DNA of 64,000 nucleotides from Mytilus trossulus (Eukaryota): NCBI RefSeq assembly GCF_036588685.1, contig NC_086382.1, positions 46,748,001 to 46,812,000 of the forward strand, read 5' to 3'. Shown piece by piece: positions 26,650 to 39,872 of this stretch (position 1 is its first letter; each line of letters starts with the position of its first letter). The notes under the pieces were generated by a model. It saw only the letters and a program-made list of their open reading frames with translations, ran no database searches and was not told where the DNA came from. The position numbers and the translations under genes were made by a program.

Positions 26650-27190
26650 TAACTGATGAAAGCTATACTTAATTGTATTTTAAATTGGAAGGCATTATAT
26701 TCGTGATTATTTTTTCCCGAGCGCTACTGAGGGCTAAAATAACAAGAATATAAAATGCCTATCCATGTTAAAACTACAATAAAAAGTATAGCTTGCATCA
26801 ATTGTTTCGATTCCAATTAGGACAATTAAGGTAATTCCTATGTCCGATGTGTATAAGTGTTGAGCGATTGTGTAGGATCTTCAATGAAGCTTACCTTTTT
26901 GTTTGTAAACAAGTAAGCGAATGGCAATGTGATTTTCCACAGGGAGGAATTTTGAATGTCCAACAAGAACGGTTGTCGTATCAAGGTCAAATATGTCAAT
27001 TTCGAATTGCAACACGTTACAGTCATAATAAGTGAATTTATTACAACATGTGCATCATTTAAGAGGTTGGTAGTGTTTTAATCAAATATGTATCAAATGC
27101 AGGAGTCAATATACACATGTGCAAATAATTCTATTGGATTAAAAGCATGGTTTTATTCATAAAGCGAATGAAGCACGTCATATTAGAAAG
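26650..27190 (+). mobile_element. Degenerate hairpin-headed non-autonomous element
   Basis: An imperfect ~150-bp palindrome (GCTATACTT...AAGTATAGC) followed by a unique body; same design as 62764-63316. Confidence 0.45.
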
Positions 27191-30045
27191 GTGGATTAAA
27201 CCTGGTGTTAAAGCTAGCTAAAACTCTCACTTGTACGACAGTCGTGTAAAGTTCCACTATATTGACAACGATGTGTGAACAAAACAAACAGACATACTTT
27301 CTGTGTTATTAGGCCTCTTGTGGAGAGTTGTGTCATTGGCAATCATCCCACATTTTTTATAGATTAGACCGTTGGTTTTCCCGTTTGAATGGTTTTACAC
27401 TAGTAATTTTGGGGCCCTTTATAGCTTGTTGTTCGGTGTGAGTCAAGGCTCCGTGTTGAAGGCCGTACTTTAACATATAATGGTTTACTTTTCAAATTGT
27501 TATTTGGATGGAGAGTTGTCTCATTGGCACTCACACCACATCTTCCTATATCTAATAAGTAAGATTATCAATATTAGGGGTACAACAGTCATTGTTGTGT
27601 TATTATCTTAATCGCTATAAAATCAAACAGATATATAAACAAACATTTAACATGACACAACAAAACATTGTCGGGAAGTACAGAGCCACGTCATAAGCGA
27701 GAAAGAAACCCAAAAGGCGACACAGACAAAGCACATATTCAACAACGAAAGACAGAAACACAGAAATTATCATAGATCAATAACACCGACGGGTTGATAA
27801 GTACAGAGTCACGCCATGTTGAAGGACGAAGATCAGACCAGTTGTGTAAATTAAATTTCTGTAATATATCTATAACGTCTTTCGGCTGTCGAATAATTCG
27901 TTACAAAAACAATATCCGTTCCCATACACTTATTTATTAAAAAAAGAGATTATCTTCTGACATGACAGTAAATCGTATCCAACTATAGGTCTAATTAAGT
28001 GTCAACGGTTATGATTTGGTGGCCATTTTTCATTTAAATGTTGATGCCACAGTAAAGTATTAAATTCATACAAGTTGTCGCAAATCGTACACTGCATTGC
28101 TGATCAATATTAGAATTGACAACGAGCTTAACCGATTCCTTATACTCAGCAGCTAAAGGCACCGATATGTCAAAATGTGCAACAATTCAAAACGAGAACC
28201 CGTTCCATTTTAGCACTTTAATAAAAGAACAGCAAATACAATGAACATCAATCAACAACAACCACTAAACGTAAATGTTTAAATTTGTAATTGCTGTGGA
28301 TTCATTTTTATTCGTTTGATACTAATTTTTGTGGATTTCGAGGGTACAGGTAAACCACGAAATTACATGTTCAACTAAGTTGAATCCACCGTTTTCTATC
28401 TTTTGAACGCGCATCTGGCGAATATACAAAATTTAGTCCTGGTATCTATGATGAGTTTATTATAACTGTATACCATTACAATTTGAGATAGGAATTAATT
28501 CACCGAAAATCAAATCAATTTTAGGATAAAAAGTAAATCTCCCAAAAACTGAAATGGAAAATTCAAAACGAAAAGTCCTTAATCAAATGTCAAAATCGAA
28601 ATCTCAAACACACCAAACGATTCGACAACAAATGTCATACTCCTGACTAGTGAAAAAATATCAGTACAAATGATTGACAATTTAATGTTTAGATGTGACA
28701 TTCCGTCTGTTATAAAAAAAAATCCAGGTACATCCAAACTTCCAATTTAAAAACTTATATAATGAATTCCTTTTTTTTATTTAACATTTGTATACTATTG
28801 GAAATATTAAATAATCAGTACACAAGATTGGCTATTTAATGTTTGGATAATTCCACCATAAATTAATACACATGGATATCAAGAACCATTTCTTATAATA
28901 AATAAAATGAAAATATGATCACAGTTTATCATGCAAAGCTCTGATTCCTTTCACGGATTTGGCTATACTTTTTTGGACCTTTTGGATTATAGCTCTTCAT
29001 CTTTTATATAAGCTTTGGATTTCAAATATTTTGGCCAGGAGCATCACTGAAGAGACATGTATTTCTTGAAATGCGCATCTGGTGCAAGAAAATTGGTACC
29101 TTTAATTTTATTACCCTGTTTTACAGAAATCTTTTTTTATAGGTATAGATTAAAACGTGAAATTCCAAAGAGAACATGCGGGAATCATTACGGACACACA
29201 TAATTATAGCCAAGCAATCTGCGTATATCTCACTTAAATACAGCAAGCTTAAAGAAGGAGCAGCACATTTGTGAGGAATTAATTTTTTGCTTGATCCGAA
29301 ATCAAATTCGAAGTCTACAACATTCAAAGCAAACATGCGTCAAATGGGAAGTTATATAGCAATATTATCATTCTAAATTAACTACAATGAATTTTATTTT
29401 ATACAACGTAGAACCGATCTTGAACAGGAAAAGTTTATGAAAAGTGTCATAAACCTGGAGATGATTTTGGGATAGAACTTGAAGAAAATCAATATGTGTT
29501 GTCATTTGAATTATGTTAATCTTGTGTTAACAGATATCCAGCGTTTCTAAGAAGTAGACAAAACTATTGATCATTGCTAGAATCTATATTACATTTTTCG
29601 AGTTTAAGAAATAGGCTTTATACAAAATATGCATGAAAAGTGAAATGATAAATGTTTGCTATGGTAATGTATTTTCTGTATTAATCTGGTTGAAAAGACA
29701 GGAGTAAAACAAGTATTTTAATTGGAGAGGGATTTTTTATTTTGTACTTCCGCCACGTGCTACGGCTAAAAAATGTAAAAATTGAAAATTTTCAAATATT
29801 TTTCTGAAAATTTAGTTTTTCTATTAAGTATTAAAAGTAGTAAAAAATATAGTTTCTAGTAGGTGACACATTTGTATTTATTTTTTAATATTTTTTATAT
29901 TTAACATATTTTTCTAATATCTGCTTTCAATGACATTTGATAAGACAATAACAATCACTAATCAAGATGTATTCAACTGATATCAGAATGATAATGAAGT
30001 CATATGTAGTACTATCTTAGATTATAATAAATCTCGAAGACCATC

Positions 30046-30085
30046 ATGAGAAAAACCTTGGCATTGTTTCTTATAATAGGGACAG
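30046..30085 (+). CDS. Paralogue B exon 1, signal peptide
   Basis: MRKTLALFLIIGT G|gtagga. Confidence 0.82.
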
Positions 30086-33000
30086 GTAGGAATTTAGTTA
30101 GACTTAATTGACACTCAATATATAATATTTACTATTTATCAGGTGTTTTATAGTGCATTTGTTATGTTGATTTGTAGTTGGTATAGAGATTATATTTCTA
30201 TTGAGTACATCAAAGATAATGAAACATTATAATCCTAAATGATGTTTGTTCAAGAAACTTGTAAGTCAGATGGAAATTAGAATATAGGAAAGTGTTGAGC
30301 AGGTTTGTAACATGTATCTTAATTATCAATGATGTGTTAGAATTAAGTTGATAAACAATCAAGAGTATCTGTCAATCAAACAAAGTTATTTTCAAGAATT
30401 TGCTTTTTTTTTCGGTCATACATTTTGGAATAAGATACTTCGTATATGTAAACATCATGTATACTGTTAGTTTTGCATAAAATTGTATTATGATATTTGA
30501 GTTATATAGTTATTTGTGTCTTTAATTAGATACAGCAATTGTAAAATTAAATAGACAATCCACGTGATACAGTCATGTGTCCGTAGAGCTTTTCTGGATT
30601 TACATTCGTTAGTAACGGTCAACGTTACCTTCTTGTCATGTTAGCTTTAAGTTTTGTCCTTTTGTGTTTCATCATCTCTTCAATGTTGTAATAAGTTTCG
30701 GTTTATATTTTGTCCTTAAGCCTCATTAAAGAGGGATTAGGGAGCAGGCTTCTCTAATATTGCTATAACTTGTGTCCAACCGTTTTGCTACTTTTGGACA
30801 AACAAATCAAAACTGAACACTTTTTTATTTTTATAAAAAAGTCCTCCTAGTTAAAAAAAGTTAATAATGTTAACGTTATTATTTATAAAAGCAGTTTAAC
30901 AATTTTGTGTGTGTGTTTCTTTCTATTTTAGTGATACTTCTACCGGAAGTACTAGGACATTGTAATGATGTTGACAAAACAGCCTGTGGTATGCTTCTTG
31001 CTGCTGACTCCAACATGTGCCAAAATCCCTGTTTGGCACAAATCTGCAAAGAAACATGCGGAGCCTGCTGTTAGTATGCTTGATTTGCAAAATGGTATTC
31101 GTCACTGTGATGTACGATAGAAAACATTTTCGAATTTCTCAATCTTTTTGCGCATAGGTTTTATTTCACAAGATTTTCTTAAATGAATGACAATTTACTG
31201 TCAGAGAAAACCAATATATTTTCTACTGATAGGATTTCCAAATAGATTTACTACTAGATAGGATTTCCCTTTAAAAATGCTGATTTAACGTCTAGTTAAA
31301 AAGATATAATAGCATACTTTTAATATTGAGGATTTAAAATAAATATACATGAAACAATTATATGGTCTTGCAACTGAATTGTACTTATCTCTATTCTTAT
31401 TAGTTTTATTTATTTATTTTCAGCGTTAGACTGTTTCTTTTGTGACAGTGAGCTACACCAAAATGAGTGCTATGCAACAGTTGAATGTAAACCACAATCA
31501 GAGGTATTGGTATTGTTTTTTTTTATATTATGTTTTATGGTGTGCTCACGACTGCTGGTGAATAGTTGAACCCTGAAAAATAGTCTTTCCGATATAGAAG
31601 ATTGAACTTTAATAAATAAGTCCTTTGGTTGATTTCATTATATACAAGATAATACAGTATCACTATTGACACGATTAATAGTGAACTCCATGATGCCGTT
31701 TATTTTACCGTAGTTGAATAAAGTATTTCGCCTAAATATATAAATCTACCTGATAAGAAATATTAGTGAAATGATTATGAAAACATGATTTAGGGAGCAA
31801 AATTTATTAATTGTAACGAAAACAAAACATTTAGTTATCAGCAAGATCCTATATATTCAATTTATAAAATTAAAAATATTTGTAACATTTTGCGGATGAG
31901 TTTTTCAACCGACCATCAGCTGTTCTTTTAAAACCTACTTCAATGAGTTGTTTTTTTCGTTTATATATACTTTTTGAATTTTTATGAGAGAGACCTCATG
32001 CATGGTTTTTCAAAAAGAAATACGCATATTGATACACTTAAACTTCACGATCAAATATATAGATGATATCCTTTCATTAAATAGATGGATTCGATATTCA
32101 CCATATCTGTCAGGAAATCCTCTGTGCTAGAAAACAATATTGAACCAAGGCCTCATACTGCTTAGGTTGGAGATGTGTAACTCGTGATAATATTATGATG
32201 AGAATCGATTTTCCAGACATATTACTGTTTATGATGTGAACATCAGACTTAATATGACCACGATTTTTTTCCTTTTTTGGACCAGTTTTGTGCTCTTTCT
32301 TTACTCATCTTGTGCGACTAATACCTTGGTTTTTACCTGTTATACGCAGTACGACAGATGTGTTTTTTGACACAGGGTTTATATATTACATATTTGATTA
32401 ATTACGCCATGTTGTTCTAATATTATCAAAGACATTAATTTGAATGAAAATACTTGTCCTTTGGTCTTTGATGGAGTGTAGTCTCAATACAATAAATTTC
32501 CTTCTTTAAGAAAATTAAAAACAAAACCAAGCAAGAAAACAAACATACACACAGGCTTAACCCATTTCCCTCAAACGCAAATTAAATTGTATTTACATTT
32601 GGAAAAAAACGTTATACTAGTATTCATTTGGTTAAGACTACCATTATGTGTTGTCCCTGTAACACATAATCTACAAATATTGAACAAGTATCATTGATGT
32701 TTGTACTTATTGCTCATTTTTAGCTTTGCATTGCCACCAAAAGGCTATCAGTTGATCAGCAATATCTGTTTTCCTCTGGCTGTGCAAGCAAAGAGGTAAG
32801 ATATATACTAACATTCAGTAATGTATACAAGAGCGATGTTAGTTAATGATAAAACAATCTTGAATTCTTAGTATTAAGTCTTTGCATGCGATTGATTTGC
32901 TATCTTTTTTCATGTTATTGTGTACGCTGTGTTAAACTTTATCTGTTTAAGTGTTGTTAGTGAGAGATATTGAATATGTGGCCTATTATATAACTAACCT

Positions 33001-36000
33001 CATAACTAATAAATGTGACCTTTCATTGATATTGTTTCTGTTGCGTACATTTTTATTTTTGCTATAGATTCGGGACGATTTGGAACTTATATATGTATAT
33101 ATATACAAAGACTCTGATGACCAGATATATTAATATCTTTTTGTTTTGTTTTGTGAAGTTTGGTTGCTTTTTCCTAGAATGAATATCCCATTTCACTTCA
33201 TTTAAAAAAACTAATAAGGCTCGGGTCTTTTCTATAATTTTACAATCGAATGACAAAACATAAAATTTCGCGGTAGACAATTTGTTATTTCATTCAAGTA
33301 AATATCCAAGTTTTAATATTTATCATAAAACTATGTAAATCATTTTGGAATTACAGATTTGCAACACGTTGTTCAGTGGCAATAGTAGTACCTCACTGAA
33401 TCATGGTCATACATTAACAGTATTTAATGGTGTGTGTTGTGGTACAGACCGGTGTAATAAAGACCCAGATGCTAATAAAACAGTATCTGATGTAGTGGGT
33501 GAGTATTTTGTTTTGTTTATGTAAAAATGAAGGCAACAGTAGTATACCGATGTTCGCTGTTCGAAATTCATAAATCGATTGTGAAAAAAACAAATCAAGG
33601 TTACCAACTAAAACTGAAATATATAAGAAGAGAACTGCAACACAACAGAAACACAACACTAACATGTTACACTCACAGGAACGATTATAATATTACAATG
33701 GTCAATAAAAATTGCATTACCTTATGCAAAGCTTGTGTTTGTCTTCAGTACACAATATCAGAAAAGTGATTTAAAAAAGTAAATTATTTTTAGATTTAAG
33801 CGGGAAGCAACTATTTACTTTTAAAATTTTTATAAATATTTACTATTAGATAAATTTTACTATTGCATTGATCAAAAAATATATACGTCACAGTCAATTA
33901 CTCCAATAAACTGCGACTACAAATGTTAGTCTTAGACAAACACGCTCATAGACAATGAATAGCATAGACAAAGATATCTTCAAAAGGAGATCTATATCAT
34001 AATAAAAAAAACAGCAAACAGTAGTATATCGCTGTTCACAAGTTATAAATTGATTAAGAGAAAACAAAGCCGGATAACAAGTAAAACTGAGAGAAACACT
34101 GCAACAATAAGATGAAAACAAAGGAATTACAGAAATACTGAAGTGCAAAATACTAAACGTAATCGTACATAGAAACGAATAATTGGATAACAATAGTCCA
34201 CTTCTTAAGTATGTTGGTGGTTTCATTCCTGGTATCTATAATGAGTTTATTAATATAACAAAATAATTACATTATATGTATGTTTCATTATGATACGTCA
34301 TTCTGATTGGCTTACTGCACATCACGTGCTATTCATTGAGCAAAAAAACTTTTCATTCATGATAACACGTGGTTCCACAAAAAAATGCACAGGGGAATTA
34401 AATTAAAAAAATATAAAATTCGTGTTTTTATGATCATAGCTAAAAAATGAAATTATAAGTAATTTTGTAAGGTTTCGTTTTGTAACTTCATAGGGTTGTA
34501 AAAGCGTTGACCGTGCGTACATTTTCAGAATGAAGCACTTCCGCGCCTCATACAAAATGTACTTTTGTCAACGCTTTTACACCCCAATAAAGTTACAAAA
34601 AGAAGCATTCAATTCTTAAATAACATTATTCATAAATTGCATTATTTAAGAAAAGCAATAATTGTAATACTGAACCTTCAGTGCAGACACAGTAACATTA
34701 TATAGTATTGAAATGAAAGTAACAAAGTCATAATTTATTACTCTAGATCGTTCTGTAGATTATCAAATCAACGACAAGATAGTTGTTCGAAAAGCTGATA
34801 ATCTGTTAGGAGACCGTTGCTCTGATTTCGATGTAAATTCAGTGGCTTGCACAATACTGTATAATGCTGATCCTACAATTTGCCGGAAAGATTGCATCGG
34901 AAGAGAGCTTTGTCCCGAAACTTGTGGAACATGTGGTGAGTTCTATTGACAAAAGATGACCGACAGATATTCATCTATTTTATGAGAAACGTAACATGTC
35001 TGTTGTGCCTTTGAAGTAGCTGTACACTTAAGGATTAAAAGGAAAAAAACAGAAAAGATACTTATATATATCATGTCAGATTTTGTTTTATCTATTTACA
35101 ATGCACATGCAATTAATTCAAATCAGAAAAAAATTACGTTACAAGAACTATGTTAACTGCACAATCAAGGTAGGAAATTCGAAAATAGTTTTGTGATTTA
35201 TTTTCTAACTGTTTTTTTTTTTACAAACACATGAGAAACACGCAGTCAGTAAACAAATAGCTACCAATAGAACAATAAGATTGTTTGAGGTGTGAATATG
35301 TGAAAAATTGAATAGTCAATGAAAGGCATATACTATAATATATATACTATATGTGCTTTGTACTCAGCTCTTTGTACTAAATAGTGTAGTGTATATCTTC
35401 GATTTAGATTACATTTACTTTGTAAATATAAAGAATACATTTTCTGACACCTCCTCATATGACGTTTATATATTTGAAGTTCGCTGCAAAACCTGTAAAC
35501 ATATTGCTGATCCAGCCCTGTGTAACAATATAACTCTTTGTGCGAAATCAGAGGTGAGTATTTTGTGGTAGTGAACCAAATATATTTATAAACAGGTTAA
35601 TATGGTAATAGCAAAATAACAAAAAAAAACAGGAATTTATTATTTATATAATTAGCAGATAAACATGCCATAAAAAGCCTTAACAAGCAAGAAAAAACAT
35701 TAGAAATAGGTGTATCATATAAAAAGTAAATATACTGTGAATGATTAGACACTTCACACTTATACATGTTATATTAAAAAGTGCAAAAAATATTTGACCA
35801 AATTGTCATATACGTTGGCATGTGACAGAAAATAAGTATCCCCTATAATGTTTGTTCCAATGAACTCCCAACATATACCGAAAGTTCCATTGAGAACCTA
35901 CCTTATATAATATTTTATCCAAAGATATAAGAAAATTTCCTTCACAATAGATAAATATTACATAAGGAAAGTTCCTAGTGAAACTTTTGTTATATCCTAA

Positions 36001-37805
36001 AAGCTCTCGGGAATAAATGGTATGTACAATGTTTTATATACGTGTATTATTATAAAAGTTCCAGAAATATATGTTATATAATAAAAGTTCCAGCCAAATT
36101 TGTGATATTATAAAAAGTTACAGGAATATTTGTTTTATCATAAAAGTTTCAGGAATATTTATCATGGTAATCAGATAATTGAAGTTCTAGAAATATTTAT
36201 TGTATGATCAAAGTTCTAGGAATATATACTACAATATCCAACATAGTTTTGCTTTGAACTTTATTTCTGTAACTGCCAATACTGTTTGATCGGTATTTTT
36301 GGGGTTGTCTCTTTGTAATCAGTTTTGCGCTTTGTATCGAACTAGGAAACAAGTCATTACAAGCAGATTTTGTTCGGGGTCTATGTGGCTGAATGTTCTA
36401 AGTAGTCGAAATACTGTATATCTAGCCTGTCAACACTGAGGTTGTGAGTTCGAATTCCGAACTTTACAAAACTATCTATAAACAAAAATGTATCTGACAT
36501 GAACATTAAACTGATTTTTATATATTCATCGTGAAAATTACTTACATTTTCTACTATATTTGATAACTTATGCATACCTTAAACTATAATTACTACATTT
36601 CAGTCCTGTTTTTCTAAAGAGAGACTGAATGTTGATTTTTCGATATCATATGATTTGGGCTGTATGAATGATGTAGTAAGTTAATATTTATCTTATACAA
36701 TTCACATATTCCTGCAACATACATTTCCCTGTAATTTACAGGTATCAGAAAGAAAAACATGCAAGATATATTACAATATATATACGTTTTTATATGTATA
36801 AATCAAATCGGATACAGATTCGTATAGTCATAAAAACACAAAATTATCTTGAAAGTCCTGTGAAGGATGAAAATGTTAAACAGTAATGCTAAAATTTAAA
36901 TTCTACTTACCAATTTTTATTTCGATTTTTATGCATATAGATAGATATATGTCAAATATGTTTTGCTTCTGGATCTAAATTACTGGGAAAGTATGTCTAA
37001 AACTGTAATTTACCATACTGGATGTACTACATAAAGCTTATTGTTGGCGTGTTTTATCAAATATCATTTTCATGTTTACTTGAATTTGTAAGTCAGCTGC
37101 AGTTGTTTGTCCTTGATGTATATGTCAATTTTTGTTACTGGATCCCACATATTGTCATTTTAAACAGGTATGTCTGTCTTTGGTTGCTTAACCAATTTGC
37201 CATCTTTTAACAACTGGCATACAAGGTGAAAGTTTAGCTAGCTATAAAGCCAGTTTAATCCTTAATATTCTTCAGTAAAATACCTTTACAAAGTCAGATA
37301 TATTGCAGTTGTTCTCTTTGTTCCGTCGTTTGATAAAGTCAAACGTTTCAAAGATTTTCGCCTTTTTTTTTATCAATATTTGGATTTCGATCCTATTTGT
37401 TGATATTTATTTTTTTCATCGACACCTATTTTTTGAAAACTGTATATTTACCTCGAGATGCCTATTTCAATTTTATTGATGGTGTGTGGTCTAATTGGAA
37501 AAGTCAGGAGCTCTACTTATGATAAGATAGACTTAATGTCATATTTTTCAACCTCATAAAAGCGTTTCGCGATATTGAACTAAGTTTGAGTTTTTAATAT
37601 TTGTTTTAGTGAAATGGTTTGTTACATACAAGTCTGCTTTTTTATCTTGCATCTTTGCTTCTAGATCTGTCATGCCTATTTTGGAGGAATACCCGATAGT
37701 GACATAACAAAGACACAAGTGTCCTTCGGCGGAAGCGTACAATGCTGTAAAAGTAATTTATGTAATGCTAAAGGACTGGTATTGAAAAACCCGGCAGTTG
37801 GATGA
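30046..37805 (+). CDS. Secreted ShKT-Ly6/uPAR-ShKT-Ly6/uPAR protein, paralogue B (~315 aa, 9 coding exons)
   Basis: Exons 30046-30085, 30932-31069, 31424-31503, 32724-32795, 33357-33498, 34747-34935, 35480-35553, 36604-36675 and 37665-37805. Introns are GT-AG and phase-compatible. Signal peptide MRKTLALFLIIGTVILLPEVLG. AATAAA at about 37831 and 37849. Confidence 0.9.
30932..31069 (+). CDS. Paralogue B exon 2, ShKT-like domain 1
   Basis: VILLPEVLGHCNDVDKTACGMLLAADSNMCQNPCLAQICKETCGAC; 23/36 identical to A between the first and last Cys. Confidence 0.9.
31424..33498 (+). CDS. Paralogue B exons 3-5, LU domain 1
   Basis: LDCFFCDSELHQNECYATVECKPQSE / LCIATKRLSVDQQYLFSSGCASKE / ICNTLFSGNSSTSLNHGHTLTVFNGVCCGTDRCN. 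Confidence 0.9.
31890..32130 (+). mobile_element. Decayed reverse-transcriptase remnant (Penelope-like) in an intron
   Basis: 32041-32082 translates NFTIKYIDDILSLN, containing the RT YxDD motif; the flanks are frame-disrupted. Confidence 0.6.
33530..33700 (+). repeat. Interspersed repeat (CAACAGTAGTATACCGCTGTTC family)
   Basis: Related copies at about 26090-26215, 34015-34225, 48375-48490 (-) and 60140-60290. Confidence 0.7.
34265..34621 (-). mobile_element. Hairpin-headed non-autonomous element
   Basis: Palindrome GGGTTGTAAAAGCGTTGAC...GTCAACGCTTTTACACCCC next to an ATTCTTAAAT end, with CTGATTGG near the other end. Confidence 0.6.
34747..34935 (+). CDS. Paralogue B exon 6, linker + ShKT-like domain 2
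   Basis: ...CSDFDVNSVACTILYNADPTICRKDCIGRELCPETCGTC. An alternative in-frame acceptor at 34759 is possible. Confidence 0.88.
35480..37805 (+). CDS. Paralogue B exons 7-9, LU domain 2 and stop
   Basis: VRCKTCKHIADPALCNNITLCAKSE / SCFSKERLNVDFSISYDLGCMNDV / ICHAYFGGIPDSDITKTQVSFGGSVQCCKSNLCNAKGLVLKNPAVG*. Confidence 0.9.
35990..36230. repeat. Degenerate ~30-bp minisatellite
   Basis: AAAAGTTCCAG(G)AATAT recurs at roughly 30-bp spacing. Confidence 0.6.
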
Positions 37806-39872
37806 TTTAGAAAAACGCATAGAAGTTAAAAATAAATATTTAAATCCGAATAAAGTCTTTTGGTTTGCTTAAACTATATGTATATGGAACTTGCATGGCC
37901 TAAAGTGTATCTTTATGTATTCACAATTGGTTTTGAATCGGTAAATTTTTATTGATAAATTGTCCCAAAACAGAAACATGGATGAAATATATTACACGTA
38001 ATTGTCATCTAATATGTAAGGTAAAAGGCTAAATGTCACTTCCACGGTTATGTTAATGCGTCTCAAAATTATAATCAAACTGCCTTAAACACATTGTATA
38101 TTGAATATGAAAGTTGAACTCACATACATCACGACCAACATAATTAATATGTTACGTTGTTTAGAAACAACTATGAAAACTAGCAGATATAATAATTGTT
38201 TTGTTTTCGAATTCAATTTTAATCAGTTGAAAACTTTTGATAAATAAATAAATAGGGTCTGGTGAAAATTGAAGGCAATAGTTCATATGGAAAATATTTA
38301 CACGTTCCCTTCACAACAAACTTATCAACTCTATTTTATATTTGAAGGATTAATAAACTAGTGGATTTTTTTTCCAAAGTCGGTGGAATCTATTGAAAAA
38401 TAGATGGCGTTATTTTGGTAAAAGGAAATGATATTTGTTTTATGTTCATGATTATCGAACTCAAATGTTGTTATCGGTATTGGAACGCATCATTCAAATT
38501 TGAACCTGAGAATGTTACTTTTTTTAACGACTGCTAAGAAAAAACTGACAACGCCATTGCAAAAAAACCACCAAACTACCAAACGCCTTACAACCCTACA
38601 CAAAACGCAACATAGAATATTGATAGACTAAACAATACGAACCCAACCAATTATATAGGTAAACAAAATGTTTATAGCTGTATAACACTACATTTATTCA
38701 GTTCTGTTTTACTTTTTAGGAAACTAACAATATGTTAGTAATATAACTCATGCTCTTACATAACATAGATCGGATATTTTTTTCTCCAAGACTACTATGC
38801 ATTTCTCATCAAAGATAAATTTCATTGCATAGCCTTGCAAAAATACTTATTGTTTGTCAATAGCCATGGCGTTGTCATTCAGGACAGAGAAATATAAAAA
38901 AAATACAATGCAGTAGAACATTACGGCATGCTAATAGCTATTAAAGGTACGAGTTAAATTGAGAATGAAAATGGGGAATGTGTTAATGAGACAACAACTC
39001 GACCAAAGAATAGAAAACAGTCCAAGGCAACGAATGAGTCGTCCTAAAATCAACACTGTGTGATGATCAGTAAACATTGACGTTTTACTAAACTCCAAAA
39101 GATATCAATGAAATGAAATAAAACAAAACATAGAAGACTAATAAATGTCAGAGTTTCCTGCCTAGGGACAGGCACAAAGAAAGCGTCGGGGTTAATTATG
39201 TTTTGTGAAATCTCAAACCTCCCATATATCTCTAGCCATTGTTAAATTAACAATCACATAGCAATAAGAATTTTTAATATACCAATGCTACATTAGTTTA
39301 CCCATGTTTGAACCTTGTAAATTAATTTGGAGGGCACAAAACAATGTAGCAAACAGAAATCGAGGGAATTTTTAAATCTTAAGACTACGAAAACTTGTCG
39401 TAAGTGAGTTGAGACATAGAAATGTATCCGTCAAACAATTTGTGGTGGTGATTGTAAACACTATCTATGATGTATTATATGCACGACGGATTATACGTGA
39501 CGATAACAGCACTTCGTGTATCAATAAAATATCGTGTCAAAATGTACACACAGCTGACCATACTTTCGCTTAAACAATTTATGTTTCACGAAATGAAGGT
39601 GACATACCAAGATTTTAATACCCTTCATATTTCAGATCTTCTTTACTAAAAGAGCTTAATTTGAAGAGTATTAGAAAAAATCTAAGAACAGGATTTGTCG
39701 GCCCAGTTTTCATTCATTTGGTCAGAAAAACTGAAAATGAAACAATATTCATATTACACACAGGTATGACTGACGTCTCACTCATGACCAATACAATATT
39801 TATATTTGTTTTTCACATTTTTTTCATCAGTTCAAATTCACAATAACTACACCGTGAAAAGTTGTCCGTAGT

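Noticed and set aside
30239-30260. Alternative first exon for paralogue B (MMFVQET, gtaagt donor)
   Set aside because: Phase-compatible but gives a poor signal peptide; cannot be excluded as a minor isoform.
35990-36230. CRISPR-like periodic repeats (also 41090-41300)
   Set aside because: Degenerate tandem minisatellites without unique spacers, in a eukaryotic context with no cas genes.
36385-36460. tRNA gene candidate (also about 41385-41430)
   Set aside because: A/B-box-like motifs but no cloverleaf; treated as SINE heads.
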